Notes under the pieces: model-generated
The model's database searches: none
The model's input: the letters and a program-made list of their open reading frames with translations, nothing else
Told to the model about the DNA's origin: nothing
Shown here: piece after piece, positions 36,995-45,956 of the stretch
How the letters are laid out: each line of letters starts with the position of its first letter
Position numbering within the stretch: the first letter of the stretch is position 1
Source: Patescibacteria group bacterium
Lineage (GTDB): Bacteria > Patescibacteriota > Patescibacteriia > Magasanikbacterales > JBBTQS01
Assembly (NCBI GenBank): GCA_038065555.1
Contig: JBBTQS010000001.1
Location: 128,741 to 192,740, forward strand
Length of the DNA: 64,000 nucleotides
Direction of reading: 5' to 3'
Program-made: the position numbers and the translations under genes

Positions 36995-37396
36995 ATGGCA
37001 GAAACGACAAATCTCATCGCGACCATCGGTCGCCGCAAGTGTGCTAGCGCTCGCGTTCGTCTCACTCCAAATGGTACAGGTAAAGTATTGGTGAATGGCA
37101 TGGACCACACGAAGTACTTTGCAACTGAGGAGCAGCGTCAGATCGCTGTCTCTCCGCTTACCGCAGTAGGTAAGGCTGAGACCACAGACACTTCCGTGAA
37201 AGTTCTCGGCGGTGGTAAGAAGGGTCAGTCAGTAGCAGTACGCCTCGGCATTGCACGCGCACTTATCGAACTCGATGAGACATTGCGCAAGTCACTCAAG
37301 GCACTTGGCTATCTCTCTCGCGACGCACGTGTGAAGGAACGTAAGAAATTCGGACATCGCAAAGCTCGCCGCTCTCCACAGTGGAGCAAGCGTTAA
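36995..37396 (+). CDS. rpsI: 30S ribosomal protein S9
   Basis: GRRK, GGG..GQ and RVKERKKFG..KARRSPQWSKR. Confidence 0.97.
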   Translation: MAETTNLIATIGRRKCASARVRLTPNGTGKVLVNGMDHTKYFATEEQRQIAVSPLTAVGKAETTDTSVKVLGGGKKGQSVAVRLGIARALIELDETLRKSLKALGYLSRDARVKERKKFGHRKARRSPQWSKR

Positions 37397-37406
37397 GCAA
37401 GAAGGA

Positions 37407-37438
37407 CAGTCGCATTCCCATGCGGCTGCTTTTCTTTT
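37407..37438 (+). terminator. Intrinsic terminator of the ribosomal operon
   Basis: CAGTCGCAT-TCCC-ATGCGGCTG followed by CTTTTCTTTT. Confidence 0.75.
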
Positions 37439-37449
37439 ATACTTGTTCT

Positions 37450-38910
37450 ATGTCAGTGAAGGCTGGTCTGCGCTCCATTGCGAGCAATACGATTTGGATG
37501 ACGGGTGCGTCTGTAGCCCAGAAAATAATTTCCTTTGGGTATTTTTGGTTTCTTGCACATCGTGTCTCTTTGGAAACACTCGGTCTCTATACATTCGCAC
37601 TTTCGTATACCACGCTTTTTTCGATCGGTACAGATATTGGAATGGCATCGGTGTTGGTTCGTGATGGGGCACGTGATCCAGAGCAGCTTTGGGGATTGTA
37701 CCGGCGCATGATTCGAGTGAAGGTGTTAACGTGTGTTGTCACCTATAGTTTGTTGCTCATTGCGGCTGTTGCTGTTGGGTATGACTCGACGAAGCTCTTG
37801 CTTATTTCGATTGCTGGTATCGCGATGCTTCTCGACTCTATCCATCTCACCAATTATGCAGCACTGCGAGCGCTTCACAACACGCGATACGAGGCGATGG
37901 GTATGGTTGGGAGCCAGGCACTGACGCTAGTGCTAGGAGTAACAGCACTCCTCATGCACGCTCCACTGTGGGTGTTGTTGCTTGCTTATGGGGTGAGTAG
38001 CGCATGCAATGTGCTCTGGAGTACCTTCCAGCTGCTGCGCCATCCACAGGTCGTTGCATTGCGTGTAGCGGGATCTGATAGCAGCCTCTTGCGAGGGGGT
38101 GTTCGCGCACTGTTGCGTGTTGCATTTCCTTTTGCACTTGCTGGCATCTTTACACGCGTCTATTCATCGTTGGATGCTGTGTTGTTGGAACGATTAGCAG
38201 GGGACGCGGCGCTTGGACTCTACAGCGCACCATACAAAATCGCCTTTGCGTTCCAGTTCATCCCTATGGCACTCGTTGCTTCACTCTATCCGCTGTTGAG
38301 CCACGCAGCCGCACATGATATTGCACAAATTCCACGCATCTTCCGTGCTGCAATGACGTATCTCTTGGCAATTGCTATTCCACTTTTTGCTGGAACCGTT
38401 GTTGTGGGGGATGCGTTGTTGGTCGCACTTTTTGGTGCGAAGTATGCTGGAGCAGGAACCGTATTGTCACTCATGATGGCAAGTCTGATATTTGCTTTTG
38501 CAAGTTTTCCTGTGGGATCTGTACTCAACGCTATGCATCTCCAAAAGGCACAAACAGTGATTATGGGTATCGTCATGGTGCTCAACGCTGTACTCAATAT
38601 CATGTTGATTCCGCACTTGGGCGCGGTTGGCGCAGCCATCGCTGCAGTTGTTGGATACGTGGTGCTCTTTGGAGCAGGACTCGTGTGGATGCAGCGTGTG
38701 GTTGTCGTTGCATGGCGCCCCATGGTTTGGCACGTATTCCTAATTCTCGCTGCTACTGGGTGTATGGTTGTTGCATTGTTGCTCTTGCGTGCGGTAGGAA
38801 TGAGCTCTGTGCTGCCACTCATTGTTATCGGTGGTGTGGTGTATGTTGGTTCGTTGATGCTCATGGGTGGCAGAGCGTTGTTGCGTGCACGGTCTTCGTT
38901 CAACGGATAG
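37450..38910 (+). CDS. Wzx-type polysaccharide flippase (MOP superfamily)
   Basis: About 14 TM, DIG..VR, GLYSAPYK and LIP.LG.VGAAIA. Next to glycosyltransferases. Confidence 0.85.
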   Translation: MSVKAGLRSIASNTIWMTGASVAQKIISFGYFWFLAHRVSLETLGLYTFALSYTTLFSIGTDIGMASVLVRDGARDPEQLWGLYRRMIRVKVLTCVVTYSLLLIAAVAVGYDSTKLLLISIAGIAMLLDSIHLTNYAALRALHNTRYEAMGMVGSQALTLVLGVTALLMHAPLWVLLLAYGVSSACNVLWSTFQLLRHPQVVALRVAGSDSSLLRGGVRALLRVAFPFALAGIFTRVYSSLDAVLLERLAGDAALGLYSAPYKIAFAFQFIPMALVASLYPLLSHAAAHDIAQIPRIFRAAMTYLLAIAIPLFAGTVVVGDALLVALFGAKYAGAGTVLSLMMASLIFAFASFPVGSVLNAMHLQKAQTVIMGIVMVLNAVLNIMLIPHLGAVGAAIAAVVGYVVLFGAGLVWMQRVVVVAWRPMVWHVFLILAATGCMVVALLLLRAVGMSSVLPLIVIGGVVYVGSLMLMGGRALLRARSSFNG

Positions 38911-38916
38911 TTCGCT

Positions 38917-39960
38917 ATGACTCCACACTCAATCATCCTCTGTACTTCTGAATATCCGCCAGATCATGGTGGAGTTGGCCGGTATCTCGCAGCACTCGTG
39001 CAGCACAGCGATATCCCTGTGACTGTCGTGCGTGTCGAACGTACTGCGCGGTGGTTCGATGTTTTTCGTAGAGTAGAGCGCGAGACTCGTGGCAAGCGAC
39101 GTGCTACGACGCTGTGGTGTAGCCATATTTTCCCTATCGGAACTGCATGCTGGCTCCTCTCGTGGATTGGGGTTCGGTATGAACTATACTTTCATGGAAT
39201 GGACATTGCTATTGCATCGAATGCAGGGGCACTACGTCGATGGGTAGCACGCCGAATCATTGCACGTGCCACGCGAGTGTATGCAAATAGTGTGTATACG
39301 GCAGATCTTGTCTCAGCATTGAGCAAACGGTCAGCTGTACATGTTCGGCATCCTCGCATTAGTGCGTTATCTCAGGTGCAAGCGTCCTTAATTCGCACAC
39401 TCCGTACACAAACAAACATCAATGAGGCCTCACAAATCGTACTCGTAGCTTGCCGCTTGGTTGAGCGCAAAGGTGTAGACCGAGTGATCAGAGCTTTCGC
39501 CCTCTTACCAGCTGAACTCGATGCAACACTTGTCATTGTTGGGGATGGCCCGCAGCGAGCGGTGTGGGAGGAGTTGTCACGAACGTGTGGCATCACCGAT
39601 CGTGTGCGTTGGGTGGGTTCAGTGTCGGATGCAGACTTGTACACATGGTATGCTGCTGCTGCTATTTTTGCGCTGCTTCCACGCGCTTCATCTACAGATT
39701 TCGAAGGGTTTGGTATCGTGTATATTGAGGCGGGGTGGTATGGTGTGCCGGTCATCGCAACACGCACAGGTGGTATATCTGATGCGGTTGTGGACACGGA
39801 GACTGGGTATTTGCTTCCAGACACCGATGATCCGGAGCCAGTTGTTCGTATCATGGAGCAACTGTTAGGGGATCAACAACTACGCCTGCGTATGGGCAAA
39901 CGTGCGCAAGAACGCGTGCAAAATCTTTTTGTATGGAACGACAAAAACAACCACTCGTAA
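38917..39960 (+). CDS. Glycosyltransferase family 4
   Basis: YPPDHGGV, RLVERKG and EGFGIVYIEA. Confidence 0.9.
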   Translation: MTPHSIILCTSEYPPDHGGVGRYLAALVQHSDIPVTVVRVERTARWFDVFRRVERETRGKRRATTLWCSHIFPIGTACWLLSWIGVRYELYFHGMDIAIASNAGALRRWVARRIIARATRVYANSVYTADLVSALSKRSAVHVRHPRISALSQVQASLIRTLRTQTNINEASQIVLVACRLVERKGVDRVIRAFALLPAELDATLVIVGDGPQRAVWEELSRTCGITDRVRWVGSVSDADLYTWYAAAAIFALLPRASSTDFEGFGIVYIEAGWYGVPVIATRTGGISDAVVDTETGYLLPDTDDPEPVVRIMEQLLGDQQLRLRMGKRAQERVQNLFVWNDKNNHS

Positions 39961-40652
39961 GTGTCATTATTCCGGTGTACACGCGTGCACATTTGTTGCA
40001 TGCGTGCCTTCTCTCCATTGCTGCACAAACCTATCGCAATACCCAGGTCATTGTGGTGAACGATGGATCTCCAGAGTCTGATGAAGTGAAGCGCATTGTT
40101 GCGCAGCATCCCGAAATCGATCGCTACATTGAACAAGAGAATGGTGGGGCCCCACGTGCACGAAATCGTGGGTTTGAGGTTGCCACAGGTTCGTATCTGC
40201 TTTTTTGTGACGCTGACGCAGTGCTTGAGCCAACAATGATTGCGCAATGTATGCGCGCTCTGGATCAGCACCCCGAAGCAGCGTACAGCTACTGTGGGAT
40301 GAAATTTGGCTGGAAGACATTTGCTGCATTGCCATTTGATGCAACGCGTCTACGGTTGTTCAATTACATTCATGTAAGCAGTCTCATTCGTCGCGAGGCA
40401 TTTCCTGGATTTGATCCAGAGATCAAGCGATTCCAGGATTGGGATGTGTGGCTCACGATGCTCGAAAAAGGCCATCGGGGTGTTGCGGTCCCTGATGTGC
40501 TATTCACTGTTGCAACAAAGGGAACGATGAGCAAATGGTTGCCCTCGTGGTTCTATCGATTATTTCCTTGGAGCAAAGATGTTCGTGCGTATCGCGCAGC
40601 ACAACAGCACATCCGCACCAAGCATCATTTGCGAGTAGGGTCGGGGAGTTGA
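39933..40652 (+). CDS. Glycosyltransferase family 2
   Basis: VSVIIP, VVNDGS, ARNRG, FCDAD and QDWD. Confidence 0.9.
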   Translation: MERQKQPLVSVIIPVYTRAHLLHACLLSIAAQTYRNTQVIVVNDGSPESDEVKRIVAQHPEIDRYIEQENGGAPRARNRGFEVATGSYLLFCDADAVLEPTMIAQCMRALDQHPEAAYSYCGMKFGWKTFAALPFDATRLRLFNYIHVSSLIRREAFPGFDPEIKRFQDWDVWLTMLEKGHRGVAVPDVLFTVATKGTMSKWLPSWFYRLFPWSKDVRAYRAAQQHIRTKHHLRVGSGS

Positions 40653-41548
40653 GCGCGATATCCGTTAGCAAATTGCTGAGCATCGATAGGTCGCCCACCA
40701 GCAACTTGTACTACGTCAAAAGTAAGTACGTCTGTACCATCAACGAGCTGGATGGCACGTTTTGTTGCTACAAAAGACCGTTCGGCAGGGGTATCACTTG
40801 TGCTGTGTGTTGCGGCGATCACCGCGACACGACGCCCAGACGCAAGTGTGAACCACGCCTCGCCGGGGCAGCTATGCACGAGCGCTGCAATATCGGGAAG
40901 TGATTGATGTACAAGATCAATAGCCGTATTTGCGGTGGTAATCTTGGTTGTGTAGGTTGCAGCAGTGTGATCTTGCTCTTCTGGAGCAAAAGGTTGGCGA
41001 ATATACTGCTCGAGTGTCTTCACAAGGAGCGACCCACCGAGCGTGCTGAGCTCCTGGCGTAACTCCGGTGCATAGATTCCAGGTGGAATCGAGTACGTCT
41101 CTCGTGCAAAGATTGGGCCATGGTCCATGAGAGCGTCGAGCAACATGATACTGACGCCGGTTTGATGCGCTCCTTCGCGTAGAGCAGTCTCAACAGGTGT
41201 TGGGCCACGAAACAGCGGAAGAAGCGAAGGATGGACGTTCCACGTACCAGCAGCTGCAACATCGAGCACTCGTTGTGGAATAATTGCGCCGTAGGATGCG
41301 ACAACAGCGATGTCAGGGCGCAGTTCCATGTATGATTCGAAAAAAGACGTGTCTAGTTTTGTTGGCTGCAACAACTGCGCAGTAGTAGGAGTTGCTGTGA
41401 CGGCGGGAAGTCTGCCAGGTCTGCACACTACTCCAACAATCGTCACAATATCTGGTCGAGCAAGAAGATGCTCGAGTACCGTTACTGCAAAGGCATCAGA
41501 TCCGAAAAACACGCAACGCAGTGGCGTATTAAATTGCTGGGTGTTCAT
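40625..41548 (-). CDS. fmt: Methionyl-tRNA formyltransferase
   Basis: FFGS, VASYG, NVHPSLLPLFRGPTP and MDHGPI. Confidence 0.92.
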   Translation of the reverse strand: MNTQQFNTPLRCVFFGSDAFAVTVLEHLLARPDIVTIVGVVCRPGRLPAVTATPTTAQLLQPTKLDTSFFESYMELRPDIAVVASYGAIIPQRVLDVAAAGTWNVHPSLLPLFRGPTPVETALREGAHQTGVSIMLLDALMDHGPIFARETYSIPPGIYAPELRQELSTLGGSLLVKTLEQYIRQPFAPEEQDHTAATYTTKITTANTAIDLVHQSLPDIAALVHSCPGEAWFTLASGRRVAVIAATHSTSDTPAERSFVATKRAIQLVDGTDVLTFDVVQVAGGRPIDAQQFANGYRAQLPDPTRK

Positions 41549-42059
41549 GGGTGTAGTTGTGCGCTTGAACAAGATTGGTAGCTTTGTCTACGAAAAGTAC
41601 GCCGTCGAGATGGTCCACCTCATGTTGGAGTACGCGCGCGAGAAAGTCAGTAGCGTCAAAGGCGATAGGGTTACCATGACGATCCATGCCTTCGACGTGG
41701 ATTGATACCGCGCGCCGCACGTCGCCAAACACTCCAGGAACCGAGAGACATCCTTCCTGATCAACTGCATGTCGGGCAGAATGGTTCGTGAGTACTGGAT
41801 TCACGAGGACCATGTCCATTGCAGGGAACTGTCGTGCGTTCTTTGTTTGTTTGAATGCGTCTTTGCCGATTACAATGATACGACGAGCTACAGCAACCTG
41901 TGGTGCAGCAATGCCAATACCGTCGTCGAGGTACATGAGCTCCACCAAATCATCGATGAACTGTTGCGTTTCGTGCAATGCCAAAAATGAGCGGTCTATC
42001 TCGGTGGATCGCTTGCGCAGTCGCTTATCTGGAAGGGTGATGACTCGTAACGTGCTCAT
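41529..42059 (-). CDS. def: Peptide deformylase
   Basis: GIGIAAPQ, EGCLS and QHEVDH. Confidence 0.96.
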   Translation of the reverse strand: MSTLRVITLPDKRLRKRSTEIDRSFLALHETQQFIDDLVELMYLDDGIGIAAPQVAVARRIIVIGKDAFKQTKNARQFPAMDMVLVNPVLTNHSARHAVDQEGCLSVPGVFGDVRRAVSIHVEGMDRHGNPIAFDATDFLARVLQHEVDHLDGVLFVDKATNLVQAHNYTHEHPAI

Positions 42060-43720
42060 GGAGAAAGCGGATTAGGTTCGACTCGATCTTCGCGTGCGAG
42101 TTGTGGTGTGAGAGCGCAGAGCTCGTCAATCCACGTAGCCATCGGCAAACGCACCAGTCGTGTGGTACTTGTTATAGCGGATTTTTGTTGTTTTGGCAAT
42201 GGCCCTGGGCTCACGCGAATCAGTCTAATATATGGTGGATACTGGTGTTTTTTGCGACTTTGGAGCTCGTGGGCGAAGAATCGGCGCAACGCGTCTGTGT
42301 CGCGTAGTGCTCCCCACAGCGGATGCTCAGCCTTCCATGTGCTCAGGAGAAGTCGGGCTGTTGGGGCACGAAACGCTAATTCTCTGAAGTAGTACAATGC
42401 ATCTTCGACCGTTCGGTACCACAACCGACCAAATCGTGCGTCAGCACTCGGCGCCCAAACGATAGAAGCGCGAGCCAATACTGAGTGATACAGAATAGAA
42501 TCAGTTGCAACGATAATCTGCGCATCAGGTGGGACGTCTGTAGTTTCAGATGTGAAAACACCTGTATGGAATGCAGGAAATGCCTCCGCCGCCATGCGTG
42601 CAAGATATTCGACACTCATGCCACGTGAATGCAGTGTGGTTCCATGACACTGCGGGCACTCAGTAGCAGTACGTGATGCAATGATGGTTTCGCACTCAGC
42701 ACAACGAAGTACAACGGATGCATCAGTTCTGTTCACGAGGATGACTGCAGGGTGTTCGCTCGTTGCTTGAGCCAGTGCATCTCGTACAGGATCAGGAATG
42801 GCGTGGTAGAGCCGCGCACGGACCAGCTGTGCGTTGTCGATGGATTCGAATGTGAGGGGCTCTGGGTTCCATGCACGAGTCCACGCCTCCTTCTCAAGCA
42901 ACTGTTCCGTTGTGGCAGTGTGCGCAAATGTTGTAACGCGAAGATTCTCTGATCTCGCACGAATCATGAGGACATCAAGTGTTGTGGTGTGCGGCTGTCC
43001 GTCCCATTGCGTGTGACTGTCGTCTTGTGGATGGACGACCAACACCTGAGTCTCTGGCGCGAAGGGGAGTAGTGCGGCTGCGCGCGTGCCGACAATGATA
43101 TCTGGCGCCGCAACCCGAACACGATGCCAAATCGCCTTCACGTCCTTTGCAGATCCTGCGCGCGTGTATGCGCGTATATTCTTTCCTGGGAATGCGGCCG
43201 TACACTGCGCGATGATTCGATCAACGGTGGAAGATTCTGGACAAATGATCACGCATGTACTCTCTGGGAACGCGCGTACTTGCGCAATGAGTGCTTCGTC
43301 AACGTCAGCTCCTCGATCAACAATGGTGTGGCGAAGCGCAACAGTACCATGTGCCGCATGTGCGTGTGCAAGCGGGGGGAGTGTAGCTGCTTTGACCATC
43401 CGTGGACCGATGGATGGGAGCATTGATATTGCCATCGTGCCAGGATTCACATGGTACACGGTCGCAAGTCGTAGCAAGGATGCGCACCATCCCTCTGATA
43501 CGAGTGGTATAGGCGAGAGTGTGGTGGTGATTGGTTGGAGGGGTTTGTCTGTTGGCGCTGTGCCTGTTGTGCAATCTACAACAATCCCAAGTTTGGTTCT
43601 TGAGCGAAATGGGATGGTAACCAACGATCCAACAACGATCTCTTGGTCTTCGGATGCGGTATAGGAAAATGGCCCGACTCCTACTGGTAATCGTACGAGG
43701 GGGACAACGCTGATGATCAT
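42056..43720 (-). CDS. priA: Degenerate PriA (primosomal protein N')
   Basis: N-terminal 3'-DNA-binding domain (GSLVTIPFR), IIVGTR, LVNR, CxxC..CxxC and YPPY, in the priA-def-fmt order. Helicase motifs are lost. Confidence 0.75.
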   Translation of the reverse strand: MIISVVPLVRLPVGVGPFSYTASEDQEIVVGSLVTIPFRSRTKLGIVVDCTTGTAPTDKPLQPITTTLSPIPLVSEGWCASLLRLATVYHVNPGTMAISMLPSIGPRMVKAATLPPLAHAHAAHGTVALRHTIVDRGADVDEALIAQVRAFPESTCVIICPESSTVDRIIAQCTAAFPGKNIRAYTRAGSAKDVKAIWHRVRVAAPDIIVGTRAAALLPFAPETQVLVVHPQDDSHTQWDGQPHTTTLDVLMIRARSENLRVTTFAHTATTEQLLEKEAWTRAWNPEPLTFESIDNAQLVRARLYHAIPDPVRDALAQATSEHPAVILVNRTDASVVLRCAECETIIASRTATECPQCHGTTLHSRGMSVEYLARMAAEAFPAFHTGVFTSETTDVPPDAQIIVATDSILYHSVLARASIVWAPSADARFGRLWYRTVEDALYYFRELAFRAPTARLLLSTWKAEHPLWGALRDTDALRRFFAHELQSRKKHQYPPYIRLIRVSPGPLPKQQKSAITSTTRLVRLPMATWIDELCALTPQLAREDRVEPNPLSP

Positions 43721-43722
43721 GT

Positions 43723-44514
43723 CTAGAACGTGAATTGTGCTGTGAGATACCCTACACCCATTGGATGCTCGTAGGCGAGCTCGCGGTATCGGTATTGCAT
43801 GCGCTGCACCATTCCTAGGAAGAGTACCAGTGGAGGGAGGGCATATTGTTCTGCCTGATCGGCCACCGCACGGTCCATGGAGAGCAATCTACTTGTGTTG
43901 TAGTCCTGCAATCTCGCGCGCACTTCTGCATCAAATATTTCACCGGATTTGTGATACCCAAATGGCGCATCAGTGTGCAATGTGTGCGCCAGGTTGGTAG
44001 AAACAATCACACCATAGCGAGTCGTGCTCTCGAGGATCAAATCTTTGAGAGCATACCCGAAGTCGAACTGCTCCTTGAGAGGGAGAGCTGATGTTCCGAT
44101 GACGGCGATTCGATTGAACCGGATACCTGGGCGCAGGAGCAATGCGGGGATGGCACTTGCGTAGTCGAGCTCCGAACTGGTGCGCGTGATCACAGGGAGT
44201 GATTCGCGCAAGCAGCGCTCGCGTACGCGTGCAGAAAGCTCAAGATCGTTCTTGAGTGGAGCGTAGGTGTGTAGATCTCCGAATTCTGTGAAGGTGAGAT
44301 CAAGCTCTGGCGCACCAGCCACGCTAAACGCTTCATCCTGAATTCCAGCATGAGCCGAAATTATAATCAGCGTATCAACGTACGATGCGTAGAGTTCCTC
44401 AGTCAAAAGTTGGCATGCAGCGCGGGTTTTGGGCAACTGGTAGAGCTCCTTGGTGCTCACGTGGGGCAACAGGAGTGGGGTGTGAGGCATTAGTGCTGCA
44501 AAAACAAGTGACAT
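43723..44514 (-). CDS. LigB/MEMO1 (AmmeMemoRadiSam B-like) superfamily protein
   Basis: PHTPLLLP, IIISAH, NLAH, FD and YEHPMGVGY. Confidence 0.75.
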   Translation of the reverse strand: MSLVFAALMPHTPLLLPHVSTKELYQLPKTRAACQLLTEELYASYVDTLIIISAHAGIQDEAFSVAGAPELDLTFTEFGDLHTYAPLKNDLELSARVRERCLRESLPVITRTSSELDYASAIPALLLRPGIRFNRIAVIGTSALPLKEQFDFGYALKDLILESTTRYGVIVSTNLAHTLHTDAPFGYHKSGEIFDAEVRARLQDYNTSRLLSMDRAVADQAEQYALPPLVLFLGMVQRMQYRYRELAYEHPMGVGYLTAQFTF

Positions 44515-44517
44515 AGA

Positions 44518-45915
44518 TTATTTCTTGCCGATCGTGGTTGCATTGAGCTCAATAGGAACTCCAATTGGCGCTCCTAGGAGTGCCTGTTCATTCACGTACA
44601 GAATGTTTTCTTTCTTATATCCCAATCCTTGGAAGACCGCATCATTAGGAATGAGTCGACGGGTGCCGTCAGAGACAACGTAGGTGAAAGGAGACCCCTT
44701 CACAGAAATGAGTGTACCTTCGCGGAATGTATATGCCTTGTTGACCAGTGGGTATTCAGCGAGTGTTTTCATGTCTACGACGATAGGCTTCGCGTTCGGG
44801 AATTGTGCCTTCACAATATCCAAGTGTGCGATGGGTTGTCGCATGCCGTTCTCCACGTAGTAGTATGCGCCAGACTTCTTCTCCTTCATGACCGTTCCGA
44901 GAGGGTAGATTGAGGCGCTTGTAATAATGTTGCCCTGGTAGTAGTCGTCGAGTTCTGCGGTTGTGATGTCGATGACTTCGCCTGGATTGTAGCCAAGCTG
45001 ACGGAATACTTCCTTGGAAGGAATGTAGCGAATCGTGTCATCTTGGAGCAAGTACGTCATCCCATTCTCGATGCGCAAAATAGAGTAGTTAGCGAATTTG
45101 ATTGCAGGACCCTCCTCGAAGGATTGCAAATCTGCATCGCTGATTTCGATAATTTGCGATGGGTTGTATCGGCTCGTGAGTGCGGTGAGGGATGCAAATG
45201 GTCGGCGCATTCCTTTTTGGATGATGTACACCGTCTTGCTGCTCTTGGTCTTTACGAGCGAGCCATTGGGGTAGACACGTGTGAACCAGCGATTCCAAAT
45301 CTTCCACAAATTCGCATTGCCATTGATGTGCGGAGTATAGGTGTAGAGGAATCCTGTTGCGAAATTCTGTGGTGTAACTGGTGTGTTGCTAAAGGTATAT
45401 TGCTGTCCAACCTTCTTGAACGATGGGTGTGATTGGTGCTCGTACCACCAGCGCACAGATCCTGCTGCATTATCGATTTGTTTTGCGAATCCTTTGAATT
45501 TGCCGATGGCTGGATCGTCCATCGAGCAGGAATCGCACACAGCGTAGCCTGTTGCCCAGTCGAGCGCCTTTTGTGATGGGAATTGCTTCTCTACAAGGCT
45601 TTGCTCCTTTTGCAACAGAACGAGAAGATACCGTGGGTTGACGGTGTAGAGCTGTGCTGCGTTGTAGATAATGTCGCTGGCGCGCTGGAGTGAGTTGGTT
45701 GTGACATCAATGTCCTTGTACGTGCTCAGTCCACTGCGTCGTGATTCCAGGAATCCTTGAATCGTGTCACGCGACATGGATGTAGAATCGAACATCTCCG
45801 CATCACTAATAATGTGCGCTGGATTGAATTCAGCTGCTGTAGCAAGAAGTGGTTGTGCAACCAACATCCCTGCAAAAACAGCTGCAAAAATGGTTTTGGG
45901 TAAAGAAAATGGCAT
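44518..45915 (-). CDS. Secreted protein: lysozyme-like N-terminal domain plus four ~60-aa repeats
   Basis: Signal peptide; FNPAHIISD, NPRYLLVLLQKEQSL and YTYTPH; repeats of the form G-x-L-x-K...VY-x-I-x-x-G-x-R-R. Confidence 0.7.
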   Translation of the reverse strand: MPFSLPKTIFAAVFAGMLVAQPLLATAAEFNPAHIISDAEMFDSTSMSRDTIQGFLESRRSGLSTYKDIDVTTNSLQRASDIIYNAAQLYTVNPRYLLVLLQKEQSLVEKQFPSQKALDWATGYAVCDSCSMDDPAIGKFKGFAKQIDNAAGSVRWWYEHQSHPSFKKVGQQYTFSNTPVTPQNFATGFLYTYTPHINGNANLWKIWNRWFTRVYPNGSLVKTKSSKTVYIIQKGMRRPFASLTALTSRYNPSQIIEISDADLQSFEEGPAIKFANYSILRIENGMTYLLQDDTIRYIPSKEVFRQLGYNPGEVIDITTAELDDYYQGNIITSASIYPLGTVMKEKKSGAYYYVENGMRQPIAHLDIVKAQFPNAKPIVVDMKTLAEYPLVNKAYTFREGTLISVKGSPFTYVVSDGTRRLIPNDAVFQGLGYKKENILYVNEQALLGAPIGVPIELNATTIGKK

Positions 45916-45956
45916 ATACTAGAGTATAGCCATTTTTCTCAATGTGGACAACCGTG

